Positions 45,781 to 59,789 of a stretch of DNA of 64,000 nucleotides are shown one piece after another. Source of the DNA: the human T2T-CHM13v2.0 reference genome, Homo sapiens; NCBI RefSeq assembly GCF_009914755.1, contig NC_060944.1; one strand, given 5' to 3'. The position numbers were made by a program, and so were the translations under genes. How positions within the stretch are numbered: position 1 is the stretch's first letter; each line of letters begins with the position of its first letter. The notes below the pieces were generated by a model, which was not told the origin of the DNA, searched no databases, and was given only the letters and a program-made list of their open reading frames with translations.

Positions 45781-47469
45781 CTGGCTGTGATACATGGTAG
45801 CTGGCACAAGGTCAGGTCTCAGACTGCTGCAAGTATTACAGGGCAGTGAGACATTGTAGCCATTGCAGTTATCATCAATATTCCCTAGCTCTGATAATTC
45901 TCTCTCCTCACCCCAACCTGTGGGAGTATAGAAAATGGGTACTAGCAGGAAAAAAAGCCCAGGGTTTGGCAGGATTCAGGCCATTTCAGGGCTGTTTATG
46001 GACAGAAACTTCTCAGTCTTTGGATCACGGCAAGGAAATTTTTTTCCAAATCCTTGGGTAGCTCATTTGTGAGGCAACAGCACCCTCTCTGGTCGGAAAG
46101 CAGCATTTTCTCTAGAATTTTCTCTGGGGGCTTCAGGGCACCTACACCCAAAAAGTGAACAGGTGTGTAAATGAGTGTGGTGTGGTCTTTATCCAAGGAG
46201 GTCAGGGCAACCTCAGCATCTCCCCCTTATCTGTGGGCGACTGCATCCATTTCTTCCCCCTCATTCTTCCCAGCTTTCATTGCTTCTGAACTGCTGACAG
46301 TGGGGACAGTGGGGACAGTGGGGAGGGAAGTATCTGTGTCTGAGGAGCCCGCAGTACCCCCTCTCAGGCTTAGCCACACTGGCTGCCTGCTCCAGTTCCA
46401 CCCTCGGGGCCAGCACTTACTCGGCATATCCGAGTTTTGGTTTGTCCTGGCCTTTTACAGTCCTGGGAACTGTGACTGGACCTCCACTCACACTGACCTC
46501 TCCCCAGCACCCTTCTCCACCACCACTACAGAAACTTGCATGCTATTTGGTTTGGAAAATTCCAGAAGGCCCGACTCTCCTGTGGGTCTGTGTCACCCCT
46601 GACCAAGTCCCAGCTCTGAGGTCTCAGGCAGGCCAAGCTGCCTCTCTGAGCTCCTAGAGCCTCAGCCCCGGAGGGGCAGTGGTGGGGCATTCACAAAGTA
46701 ATCTGTGGTCATACCTGGCTCCAGCAAGCCCACAGGCTGTGCCTGCCATGCCGACACGCCCCTTCACACTGCCAGCAAGTGGCTGCGTGGTCCTGTCTCG
46801 GGGGCTTCCCCCACCTGTGGTCCGGGTGTTGTCCCATTCAGCCTTGTGACATCTCTGCGAGCTCCCCTTCTCGTTGCCAACCTACCCTGAGAGATGCAGC
46901 TCAGAGAGAGGAGCGGGCCCAGCCTGCTGGGGGTGTCCCTCCAGTCTAGAGCGAGACTCTCACCCAGGCCCCCCATGGCCCAACAGAACCCTGGGGGCTT
47001 CCAGGCCCCACACCCGCTGCTCCTCACGACCCCTTTTCTCTGTCTCCATGGAAGCTTGGAGATACAAGTTGGAGAGAACAAAAGCTCGGGGGCCCTTCCC
47101 GGCCACTCCCAGCCCGGCTCCCTGGGCCTCCGCCCGCGGGCTGACAGCACAGAGAAGCTTCAGGAGCGGTTCAGCTTTGCTCTCACCTGCTCTCTTGAGC
47201 AATCTGTGATGGCTGTCAGAGAAACGCCTGCTTTAATTAGTTCTTCACTGATTACTATTAAGTGGCACGTTATGTAATTATCCCAGGGCAGGCCCCAAAT
47301 GGAGTCTATTTCAAGCAGTTACCTGAATTTTGTGAATGAAAATTATGGTGATTCCATCTCGACTACACCACCCGGCACCCAATCAACACATATAGTGGCA
47401 AACCCAATAACCCTCCAACGGGCGGTGAACAATGCCATGGCTCCTGCGTCCAGGCTGCCTGGCAGCTCA

Positions 47470-48160
47470 CGGGATGCTCACAATGGCCCTGACAAGTGTT
47501 TGTCTCACAGGTTGGAAAACTGAGGTTCAGAAAGAGTGGGTAATTTGCCAAAGTCACACAGCTGGGAAGTCACACAGCTGGGACTGGAGCTCAGGCAGTC
47601 CAGCTCCAGAGTCCCAGCTCCTAACCTCTATGCAGTTTAGTTAGTGACTACAACTGCTGTTTATTTAGTGGCTTATGTTGTTAGTTAACCACAGAGATAG
47701 ATGATTTGTACGCATCATCTTTCCTAATCCTCACTACCAAGTGGAGGTGGTATTATGCCCATCGTACAGATACAGAAACTGAGGCACAGAAAGATCTAGC
47801 TAGCTGGAAGTGGCAGAGATGGTTTTCTATGGCTTGACAAGCCTCTTAGCACGTACTCTTAGCTAGGAGGCAGTACTGTGGAAAGGTTTGCCTTTGTCCA
47901 GAAATAGAAAGTGTAAGACCCCATCAGAGCTAATGCTCATTCAGCACCTGCTCCGTCCAGGCACTTCCCTTGGATCATTCAATGCCCACATCACCTTTGT
48001 GGGATTGGTCCAATTATTATCCCCCCTTTCACAGATGAGGAAACTGAGGGTAAGAGGAACTGGGGGAAAGACTTTGTGAAGGTTCCACAGCTGGTGTGTA
48101 GCAGAACCAGGACATAAGGTTGCTAAAACCACAGCCTAAGCTCTTAGCTGTCACTCTATC
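47470..48160 (-). mobile_element. Cluster of three MIR fragments
   Basis: Cores aaactgaggttcagaaag (~47520), acagatacagaaactgaggcacaga (~47770), acagatgaggaaactgaggg (~48035). Confidence 0.75.
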
Positions 48161-48332
48161 AGTTACCAGGATTAATATCACCACACACGGCCTGACCTCT
48201 GTTTAGGAATGTGCTTTGGCCAGAAAATGAATTCTAAATTATTGTTCCTTCAGGATGGGCAGTAGGGTACTAAGAACACACTACTTCTTCACTGGCCTTT
48301 GCTCTGAGAAGAGGGATGTGCTGGACATGTAG

Positions 48333-49882
<1,550 letters not shown>

Positions 49883-49998
49883 GAGGTTGTCACGAAAATG
49901 TGTGCCCCAGGAGCCAAGAAAAATCTCAACCACCAGATCCCAGGAAGGGCAGGAACCACAGGAGAGGACTTGGGGGTGGAGGCAGCAGGTGGTGGAGG

Positions 49999-50151
49999 CC
50001 CTTTACTCTAATGTCTGCCTGAGGACGCCGCAGCCCTTGCTGCAGGACCTTCCTCCTCACTCACAGTCTCACCCCCTTTACACTAATGTCTGCCTGAGGA
50101 TGCCACAGCCCCTGCTGCAGGACCTCCTTCCTCCTCACACACAGCCTCACC
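49999..50151. repeat. Tandem duplication, ~75-bp unit x2
   Basis: ccctttac(t/a)ctaatgtctgcctgagga..gctgcaggacct..ctcac starting at 49999 and 50074. Confidence 0.9.
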
Positions 50152-50506
50152 CGGATTCCCATCTTCTCCTTGTCCTTCTCCTCCCTGACTCACGCTTCCT
50201 GCTTTCTTGTTGTTCCAGCTTCTTTGTGGCTTCACCTTCACCTTCGCCACAGGCTCCCCTACACTCAGGCTTCTCCGGGGGTTCAGCCTATAGGGACCCT
50301 CAGCAGGAGCTCAGCCAGGGAGAAGAGACTGAGGTTGGTTGTTTATCCCCCTGGTCCCCCCAAATAAGGATCTAAGTGTCAATGGCAGCCCTCTGCTAGC
50401 CCTCAGGTCACTGGTGCTGACATCAGATTCCAGTAAGCATTCCTTCCTTTTGCCCCATCTGGCACGAAGGTGGTCATGTCCTCCCACCTGATCTGGGCAC
50501 ACACAA

Positions 50507-51003
50507 TTTTTCTTTCCAATTATATAAATAAAACATTTGTAATTTTAAAAACTCTACAGTTTGCATGGGGGAGGGCAGGGACTATAGCACCAATCAGGCC
50601 GTGGGGACACAGTGTCCTCTGACAGCAGCATCAGGGTTCAGGCAGGCCGGGAGGACATATCAGAGCTGGTGGCCTTGGACGGGGCAGCAGCTCCTCCAGC
50701 CTGAGGAGTGCCACCCCCTGTGTGGCCGTGCTGCCCAGCAGGCCGGCTCCCTTCCCTCTAGGGTGCCAGCAGCAGCTCCTACTCCTCACGAGTCCACTTG
50801 ATCATGGTCTCCAGTGAGCGATAGAGGAAGATGAGCTTGGCAGACAGCTCCTCCTCCAGCTCCAGCTCATGGGTCTCGCACGCCAGGAAGATGTCCTGGC
50901 AGAGCTTGAGGATGTGGTCCCTGCATGGCAGCTCCTCCAGTGTGATGGAGTGTGAGATCTCGCTGAAGAAGCTGCACATGGACTTGCCCGTGACCAGTGT
51001 GAC
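50507..51003 (-). pseudogene. PIEZO1: 5'-truncated retrocopy (processed pseudogene) of the PIEZO1 3' end: last ~73 codons, 3'UTR and decayed poly-A
   Basis: ORF 51018-50779 reads LVTGKSMCSFFSEISHSITLEELPCRDHILKLCQDIFLACETHELELEEELSAKLIFLYRSLETMIKWTREE*, versus recalled PIEZO1 LVIGKFVRGFFSEISHSIMFEELPCVDRILKLCQDIFLVRETRELELEEELYAKLIFLYRSPETMIKWTREKE* (~80% by hand). The downstream ~260 nt resembles the PIEZO1 3'UTR and ends in AAAGAAAAA (50515-50507). The symbol is the parent gene's; the PIEZO1P number is not established. Confidence 0.93.
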
Positions 51004-51099
51004 CCCCTCGGCCCACACCTTTATAAACTGTCCCTGTTCTCAATTCCCCTCCATTTTCACCATCTCCTGCCCATGCCCTGGCTGATACAGTGATCGACT

Positions 51100-51230
51100 G
51101 TCGTTGTCATATCTGTTTTGCAGGGGAGGAAGCTAAGGCACAGAGAAGTGAAGCAACTATGCATTGTCACACAGCGAGAAAGTGGCAGAGCCAGGGTAGC
51201 CAGGCAGTGTGAGTCCAGAGCTTTTCAGCT
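51100..51230 (-). mobile_element. MIR
   Basis: ttttgcaggggaggaagctaaggcacagagaagtgaagcaact..gtcacacagc..agtggcagagcc. Confidence 0.7.
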
Positions 51231-52234
51231 GTGTTCCAAAGGCAATGTAGTGACAGGCTTTGATCCATGGTTTAGAACAAAGGCTCGGGTTAAGGTGGGG
51301 ATGCTGGGCTGCAGGGAAAGACCCTGGCATCTGGAACTAAAAGGCTGTGGCCATCATCCAGGTCTGAGATGAGGCAGTGGGGTGCAAAGGAAGAGCAGTG
51401 GACACCACACTGGCAGAACATGGTGGAGGGGTCCGAGATGGGGCCTGGGCTTGTGATGTGGGTGACTCGGGCGATGGTGATACCCTCCCCTTCGACGGGA
51501 ACAGATATGGAGGTGCTGGTACAGCTCATGGCTCTGAGGGCTGGGTTTTGAGATGCACAGAGCATCTTGGAGTCAGCCTTGGCTTCAGCTCCTGGGAAAC
51601 AGGATGCAGACCCCCCTCAAGCTCATGGACTTTCTTCATCCACCCCCTGAAAGCTGGCAGCATCTGTGGCTCCCATCGTGGTCGTGGGCTGTGTCTGATC
51701 CTGAAGGCTGGGCTTCAGCCTGCCCTCCACCCCCACACGCATCTGACAGCCTATTTTGCGTTAACACCGAGATGCGTCAATGGGAAGCTCAATGCAAGCC
51801 CCTGCTGGGAGCCTTAACAGTTTCCAGCTAACTAACCGTGCCTCATGTACGTTTAAAATAGTTTTTGCTATTACTGCAAGGCCCGCAAATCAATTTCTTA
51901 GTCACAGAGTCTGCTTCATCTCCCAGCACAGGTGAGTTGAAGCAGGATGCTCATTAAAAGAAACAACGGGGTGTAAACGCAAGCGCAGTGGATGGGAGCC
52001 CCAGGGAGGGTGGGTCGGCGCTGCTGGCAAATGTTCAAGATCAACCTGAGACACGTGGTCCCCAGGGAGGTGCAGAGTGCACCGTCCCATACGCAGAGCC
52101 GGACACCGCCCCAGGCCCTTCTCCTTTGCCATCTCCCTGCCTTCCCACACTGCCAAGGTGGCAAGGGCGCCTGTGTCCCCATCCTACAGAAGGAAACATG
52201 GAGGAATTAGAAGTGGAGCCACTCCAGCCAGGCA

Positions 52235-52700
52235 GCATTTTGAATATTCCTTGAGCACCTACTGTGTGCTTGGTTCCATGCTAGAAGCTTGGGCCACAAC
52301 GGGGAAATAAGACCACAGTGTCACTGCTCATGGGGCACTGGCATGCAGATGGGGAGACAATCAATACCAAAACAAAGAAGGAGACAGCCCAGAGTGTTAA
52401 TGCTCTGGAAAAAAATAACAAAACAAGTCAATGTGATATTAAAAATCTCTGGGAGGGAGCGGGGGGTGCATGTCAAAGACGGTCTGAGGCCCAAGTCCCC
52501 AGAGTGAGTGCCTCACGAGGGTCTGGGAGGAGCCTCTCAGGCAGAGGGCAAAGCACGTGCAAAGGTGCTGAGGAAGGAACAAGCTGAGGCATGAACAGGA
52601 GGGCACGGCGGGCCAGGCTCTGTGCACCGTGCTGAGGGACGTGAGTGAACTGAGTGTGCTGAGATGGCACAAGCCAGAGGAGAACAGGGTGCTGCTTTTC
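52235..52700 (-). mobile_element. L2 fragment
   Basis: ttgagcacctactgtgtgct..caggcagagggcaaagcacgtgcaaagg. Confidence 0.65.
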
Positions 52701-52784
52701 AAAGCCCAGGCATCTTCACCACTGTGGGCCAGGTTCCTAGGTTCCAGGGCTCAAAACGTGGACGTATCTTTTGGGAGGCCACTA

Positions 52785-53262
<478 letters not shown>

Positions 53263-53992
53263 CAAGCCATCTTCACAGATCCCATTTCTTATGGAAACTG
53301 ATGCCCAAAGCAGCCTCACCACAAGCATCTTTCCCATGGAGCCAAATCGAGTGTGTCTTCTTTGCCCCTAATCCAGAGAAGAGTGGTTGTGTTAGCATCC
53401 ACTGTTGCCTGTTGCCTCCGAAGGCCAGGCCTGGAGATGGCCTTCTGGTTGAGAAAGGTCCTGGTTTTATTTTTTGCAGATGGGGAAACAAGACTGGGAG
53501 AGATCACCATTGATTTCATAAATGTTTATTGAGTATCTATTACATTCCTGGCCCTAAAGATACAAGAGTAAATGAGAAAGATGAAGTCCCTCTCCTTGAA
53601 GTAACTTGTTCAAGGTCGCACAGCTACCAAGGGTCTAGGCTGGGATTTGCATTAGGTCAGCCTAATCTCAGAGCCATTGTTCTCTCTCCTAGGGCCACCT
53701 GGCCATGATCAGGGACCTCTCAAAAGCCAGGGGATTTTTAGCAAGAAATCTCCAGGCAGGGACATGGCAGTTCACACCTGTCTGGGATTCAGAGTCCCAG
53801 AGTCAGCCCGTGCAAGACTAGTCTCATTGGGAGGGGTGTGTCTTCCACCTTGGGAGCTTGGCCACTCCCAGCTCAGGCCCCATTTGGTGTCCCCCACCCC
53901 CAGCACTAGTGGAGGCACCTGGTCCTCCCTCTACCTGAGGAGGTGGCCCTTGGACTGGCTAGTGTTTGTTGTCTGGCCTCTTTATTGCCTCG

Positions 53993-54369
53993 TGATATGG
54001 TTACACTCTGTGTCCCCACCCAGATCTCATCTTGAATTGTAATCCCCATAATCCCCACATGTCAAGGAAGAGAGTAGGTGAAGGTAATTGAGTCATGGGG
54101 CAGCTTTCCCCATGCTGTTCTCATGATAGTGAGTGAGTTCTTATGAGATCTGATGGTTTTATAAGGGGCTCTTCCCCCTTCAACCTGTACTTCTCCTTCC
54201 TGCTGCCTTGTGAAGAAGGTGCCTTGCTTCCCCTTTGCCTTCTGCCACGATTGCAAGTTTCCTGAGGCTTCCCCAGCCATGCTGAACTGTGAGTCAATTA
54301 AACCTCTTTCCCTTATAAATTACCTAGTCTTGGGCAGTTCTTTATAGCAGGGGAAAATGGACTAATACA
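53993..54369 (+). mobile_element. THE1D-like MaLR solo LTR
   Basis: tgatatggtt..ctcatcttgaattgtaatcccc..gtgagtcaattaaacctctttc..ggactaataca. Confidence 0.9.
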
Positions 54370-54899
54370 CCCAGAGCTGGCCTCTGCCATGAACCCTTCC
54401 TGTGATCTTCCCTCTACAACTATTCTGGTATCATCTTGTCCTGGAGGTCTCTCCTAACCCATCACCGATTGCTCTTGTGCCACCCTCTGCAGATCCATGT
54501 CTCAGACCATCATCTGGGACTGTCCATCTGTCTCCCCTTCCAGACTGGGAGCTCCTCAAGGGCCAGCTTTAATTGTACCCAAGTCCCAGTATCTGGCCCT
54601 GGGGCAGATCAACAGCAACACCTTGTGACCCCTAGGCATGGCCTTGAGACCAGCCAAACCAGCCACCTGCAGCTTCTTCACAGAGGCCATGCTCCCCATG
54701 GCCTCTGGAAGTGCACAGGATCTCTCTGTTCTTTCCGTTTCTTAGATGCATGGTTCTGAGCATGCATTTACTTTTGTGACTCCTCAGTTAATGTCTGGCT
54801 TCCCAAAAGCCATGTAAATATCATGACAGGTGCAATGGTAGCCTAGTTCACATCTATATCCATTGGGCCAAAGGTAGTGCCTGGCATACAATATGCATC

Positions 54900-55306
54900 T
54901 GATATGGCTTGGTTCTGTGTCCCCACCCAAATCTTGTGTTGAATTGTAATTCCCAGTATTGGAGGGAGGACCTGGTGGGGGTGATTGAAACATTGGGAGA
55001 CTTCCCCCTTGCTGTTCTCATGATAGAGTTCTCAGAAGATTTGGTTGTTTGAAAGTGTGTAGCCTCTCCCCCTGTGCTCTCTTGTGCTCTCCCTTTCTCT
55101 CTCTCTCTCTCCTGCCTTGCCCTGGCCATGTGAAGACCATGCCTGCTTCCTCCTCACCTTCTGCCATGACTGTCAGTTTCCTGAGGCCTCCCCAGAAGCA
55201 GAAGCCTATACAGCCCACAGAACTATGAGCCGGTTAAACCTCTTTTCTTTATAAAGTACCCAGTTTCAGGTATTCCTTTATAGCAGTGTGTGGAGGGACT
55301 AATACA
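54900..55306 (+). mobile_element. MSTA-like MaLR solo LTR inserted in an L2 3' end
   Basis: tgatatgg..gactaataca with a perfect 5-bp TSD gcatc (54895-54899, 55307-55311). Confidence 0.9.
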
Positions 55307-56139
55307 GCATCCAATAAATATCTGTTGCTTGGTTGAACGAATGAAGGAATGAAAGAAAAGATGACACCCTGGTGTCTTAGTGGACCTCTGAATGAAGGCC
55401 AGCTTACTCCACAGGGGTCTGTGCTCAAACCATGTGGGAATTTCAAAGAACACCTTCTTCTGCTGTTCCAAATCCACCTTCTCCAGACCTGGAAGACCCT
55501 GGGACCCCAGAGCCCTGGTGTGACTGTCTCAGCCTAGGTTGTCCTTAGCCCTCTACCCCTGGCTCTTGTATTACCCCGCTGACTTTATCTTCTGGAACTC
55601 AACCCCACACTGGGCCCAGCATGATGGCCCTGCTCCCTTCCTCTGTCTCCCTCCTCCTTCTTCCTCCTTCTGCCCCATCTGACACAGCCCAGGGCCTTCA
55701 AGGTTCCTATCTGCTTTGCCAGCAAGGCCTGCCCAGCTTCTTCTCTGCCACTAAAGGGGTGCTGGGACCCGGTGTCCCCAAGTCTCCCATCCTCTACAGC
55801 CCCCACCCACCTGTGCTTTGGCAGGAGATGAGCCTTGAGTGCTCAAAAGTCACATGTCCCCCAAATCCCCAGGGTTTCAAGGAAGGGACCTTACAGCCTC
55901 CCTGTGCCAAGGCCAACATCTCACAAGAATACCCGGTTCCCGAGGCCGAGGCTGGGGTCCCAGGAGATGTGTTGCAGTTTTGTTTTTTGTTTTTATTTAA
56001 CCCATAAATATTCCAATACATGGCACTAAAAAATAAGAAATCTGCCAAATAAGGGTGGTCACACATGTTACTATTAACAGCTAAAATATTAAAAATTATT
56101 AATATCATGAAATATCCAATCAGTATTTAAGTTTTGAAT

Positions 56140-56355
56140 TGTTATTTTATCTATATGTTTGAAAGAGGATATATAATAGGTCTATACGTTGCCATGGATT
56201 CACCGAAATAGATCAAAACTCATCCAATATGTTTACATTTAGGAGTTCATAGTGACACTATCGGTCACTGCTGGAGGATGTCAGGGAACCAACTTATGAT
56301 TTTGAAAAGTGATCAATGAAGAGAAAGAAGGAGGATTTGACCTGTCTTCCCCATG
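56140..56355 (+). mobile_element. L1MC4-like 3'UTR fragment
   Basis: agggaaccaacttatgattttgaaaa..aaagaaggaggatttgacctgtctt. Confidence 0.4.
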
Positions 56356-56584
56356 AAGGCCATCCGAGCCCCTGCGCTCCTGACTAGTCAGTCCTCGGAG
56401 GGGGCGGGAGTGGGTTTTGGGGACCCGAGGCTGACACCCTACTCCAAGCAGTCCTGGTCATCTTCGCATGGCTTCATCAGGCTGTGGTGCACCCTGACCT
56501 CTGCCCTCCAGGGGAGGAGAAGAAATCTTCCTCCTCAGTCAATAGGGCCGCCCCCGTTCTATCCTCGCTTATGGATTCATCTCT

Positions 56585-56735
56585 CAGGGCAGCTGCAGAA
56601 TTTGCACGCCCGGGGCCACGTGAAAATGCCTGCCCCCTTCCTCCCAAAGTATGAAGATTTTGAAGACAGGACAGCAGAGCATTAAACTAAGCATGGGCTG
56701 TCTGAGCACAGCAGGCTGCACAACCACGGGGGCTG
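56585..56735 (-). mobile_element. MER45A (hAT-Tip100)
   Basis: cagggcagctgcagaatttgc..gacagcagagcattaaactaagc. Confidence 0.7.
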
Positions 56736-58614
56736 CCCACCCCGCACAACCTGCAGGCCTCATCTCCTGGGGGGTAAGGACTGGCAACATCAAGAGAAAG
56801 GAGGGGAAGGGGCTGGGATGAAGAGGCTGCCCAGGCCTATTTTACAGGCCACATGGGAAGGAAGAGAAGCCATCTCCAGAGACCTCATGAAGAACCAATC
56901 GCCAAAGCCAGAAACCAGACAAGAGCTAAGAGAGCCCAGAAAGAAAATTCAAAAAGCCAACATCAGAGCCGTAACCTTTCCTCTGTCACCAAAGTGTCTG
57001 CTCTTGGCCCTGGCTGGTGCCAAAATGTCACCACTCAGAGTTGCAGCTTCAGACCCAAGCGGCTGGGGCTGCAGGGGCAGGAGGGGGCCTGGGTGCCAGC
57101 CCAGCCCTCACCAGGTCCCCAAGCCCTTCACACCAGCTGCAACAGTGAGAATGAGGATGTTTGTGACATTGCCAGATGAGATGGTAACTAACGGCCCTGC
57201 CAGGCCCCAGGGATGCAGGGCAGGCTCCATGCAGCAGATGTTCTGTGATTACGAGGAAATTGAGGCAGGCGGAGGTTCCTGAGTCCAGAGGCTCTCCACC
57301 TCTGGCAGGCTGAGCCCAGCCTCCTTAAGGATGCAGCTCTGCTTGCACCAGGGAAGGGGAATGGGGAGGGAAGAGGGATGATCTTGTTGGGAGCAGGCAG
57401 TCTACAAAGAGCCCCACGCATCTGCTTCCAATTCATGACAACCTGGCTCTATTGTTGTTGTTTATTTTCCTTAAATGAAGTTAATAGTTTTAAAATTTGC
57501 CATATGTTGGCTTCGGTTAAGTTCTTTGCAGTGGTTTATGTAACCCAAGTGTGAGGGCCAAGGCCTGCAAGCCCCTGGAGTTGACTCTGACCACCTGGCC
57601 TGTGTCACACCCTGAGGTGCGTGTGTCTGAGGGAAGTGGGTAGGGTCCCCATAAAAAAAACTGAGGGGCCATTTCCAAGGAACGAAAACACAGGCCAGTG
57701 GGCAATAGTCCCACCCAAGGACAGAGGAGGGCTTGAAGAAATGCAGACGGCTGGGCCATCCTGGGGCTCTCTTGGTCCCAGTGTAGCCTGGGAATCTGCA
57801 TTTTAAAACCTCCCCAGGGGATTCTAATGAGCAGTGAGAGAACTGCTGCCCCACCCTACCTCTGAGAGAGGCTGGAAGGACAAAGGGCTTACAAATTCTG
57901 CTATTATGCTGATAACAGTAATAGCAATTATTATTATTTTCAGTGAGAAAACTGCGGGCTCAGGGAAGTCACCTGGTACAGCCAATCTGGATGGAGGGCC
58001 CTGGCTTCTGCCATGCCAAAGCCTGTGCCTTGGAATCTATTTTAACTTAGCCAAAGTAAGAATATTTGCATGATTTCTGTTCTAGTCCATAATCAGCAGT
58101 CACTTGATGTTTTTTGTTTTTCAAGCAGTAGGCAGTTCACAGGGCTGAAAGAATTGGGAGGTGAATTATAAACTTTCTGCTTGAAGTGTTCCCAAATTCC
58201 AGACTCTGGAGCAATCGAGGGAGCCCTTCACAGCTGAACAGGAAACCCTGGCAATGGGGGCACAGAGGCAAAGGGCAGGGCCCTCCTTGGCACTGCAGCA
58301 GTTAGCCTGGGGAGAGGCTGAGAGGCAGGCGCATGACAGGGCATGGATCTCTCGGGGGTCACGGCCGAGTGCTCCTGGACTGGGAAAGGACAAGAGGGAA
58401 GATACCATGACCTTCAACAGGGGGCCTGAGGCCACCTGTAAGTTCTTTCATAAAGAACAGCCTTGAACTTCTGCAGGGAGGCAGGGAAGGGAAAATCAGG
58501 CCTCCTGGAGGCAGGAGGAGAGGGCCCCAGGTCTTGGCTGTTGGTACTGCCAGTAGCTCCCCTTCGTCTCTCTGTCTTTCTGTGTTCCCTTGACACCTGT
58601 CACCTTGTGCCTGT

Positions 58615-59160
58615 GGCAGAGCATGCGTCTGAATCAGTGCGAGGGTTTGTTCAAACACAGCGTGCTGGCCTCGCCCCTGAGGATCTGATTTAGGAGATCT
58701 GGGGAGGGGGAGAACTTGCATTTCCAACATGTTCCCAGGTGAGGTGGATGCTGCTGGTCCAGGGGCCACACCTGAAGCGCTTCTGTCTCAATTGATGTTC
58801 TCGGCAGTTCTCTGAGGGCGGAGGAAGAGACCAAAGCTTAGAGCTGAGAGCTAACATGCCTGAGGCCACACAACTAGCAACTGACAGATGCAGGATTCGA
58901 ACTCAAGCTCAGAGATCCTGGAGCCCACTAACCACAAGGTACCCTCTTCTCACTTTAAACTTTCCCCCTAGACAGTCTGAGTCAGGGCAGCCTCTTTGGA
59001 GACAGGGGCTGGAACTTGACTGCACATTGGAGCCCCTGAGAAGCTTCTAAAATTTCCAGTGCTGGGGCTGCCTCCAGACCACTGAAATCTGAGTCCCTGG
59101 GGTGGCGCCCACCAGGTTGGCAGGACTTCTTTACGTTTCCAGGTGATTTCACGGCACAGG
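58615..59160. mobile_element. MER5A (~58615-58785), MIR (~58800-58940) and MER5-like (~59000-59160) fragments
   Basis: ttgcatttccaacatgttcccaggtga..gatgctgctggtccaggg; caggattcgaactcaag. Confidence 0.6.
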
Positions 59161-59341
59161 GGCTATATTTGGGACTCTGGGCTTCGGGAGATCCAGAGTG
59201 GCCTTAGCAGCAAGTCTGGGGTGGGGTGGGTGCTGCAGGTGGCAGGCACCTGCATGGTCAGCTGCACCCTGGAGGGGGCCCTGGGTGACCCAGGAAAGGG
59301 TGACTGTCCTCCCTGGAGGCAGTCGGGGAGAGGCCTTGACT

Positions 59342-59515
59342 GGGGTTGTCAGGTAAAATACAGAGTATCCAGGTAAACTTAAATTTCAAATGAACAGAGA
59401 ATAATTTCTTTAGTATGCCCTAAATATTACTTGGGACATACTTAAAATTAAAACAATTATCTTAAATTCCAACTGAACTGAGCATCCTGGATTGTATCTG
59501 CTCAATGTAGGGGCA
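59342..59515. mobile_element. MER53-like hAT MITE
   Basis: ggttgtcaggtaaaatacag..aaatattacttgggacatactta..aactgagcatcctg. Confidence 0.65.
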
Positions 59516-59789
59516 GAGGTCCCAGCCCCCAGCACCAGCAGCTGAAGGTGTATTCTCATTCATTTGATCAAGCGTTAGGAGCCGTGGTGTGTGGCAGGGC
59601 AGGGAGACTGGATCTCTGCTCAGCAGGCCCAGGCTGAGGGGCAGGTGAGATGGAGGCCCAGGGACCCTCTGCAACCTACAGCCCCAGCTGTTACTCTTGC
59701 ATGGTGGAGTTCCAGCCCTGCTGGGCAGATGTGTTTCTTTCCATTTTTCTTTGAGGACTGCAGCCCTGGGTTTACTTGGGGAAAGAGGC

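Noticed and set aside
50779-51018. The functional PIEZO1 last exon, or PIEZO2
   Set aside because: No upstream exons or splice acceptor, abrupt 5' end, CpG-decay substitutions at conserved residues. The EISHSI/CQDIFL/ETxELELEEE pattern and the UTR fit PIEZO1 rather than PIEZO2.
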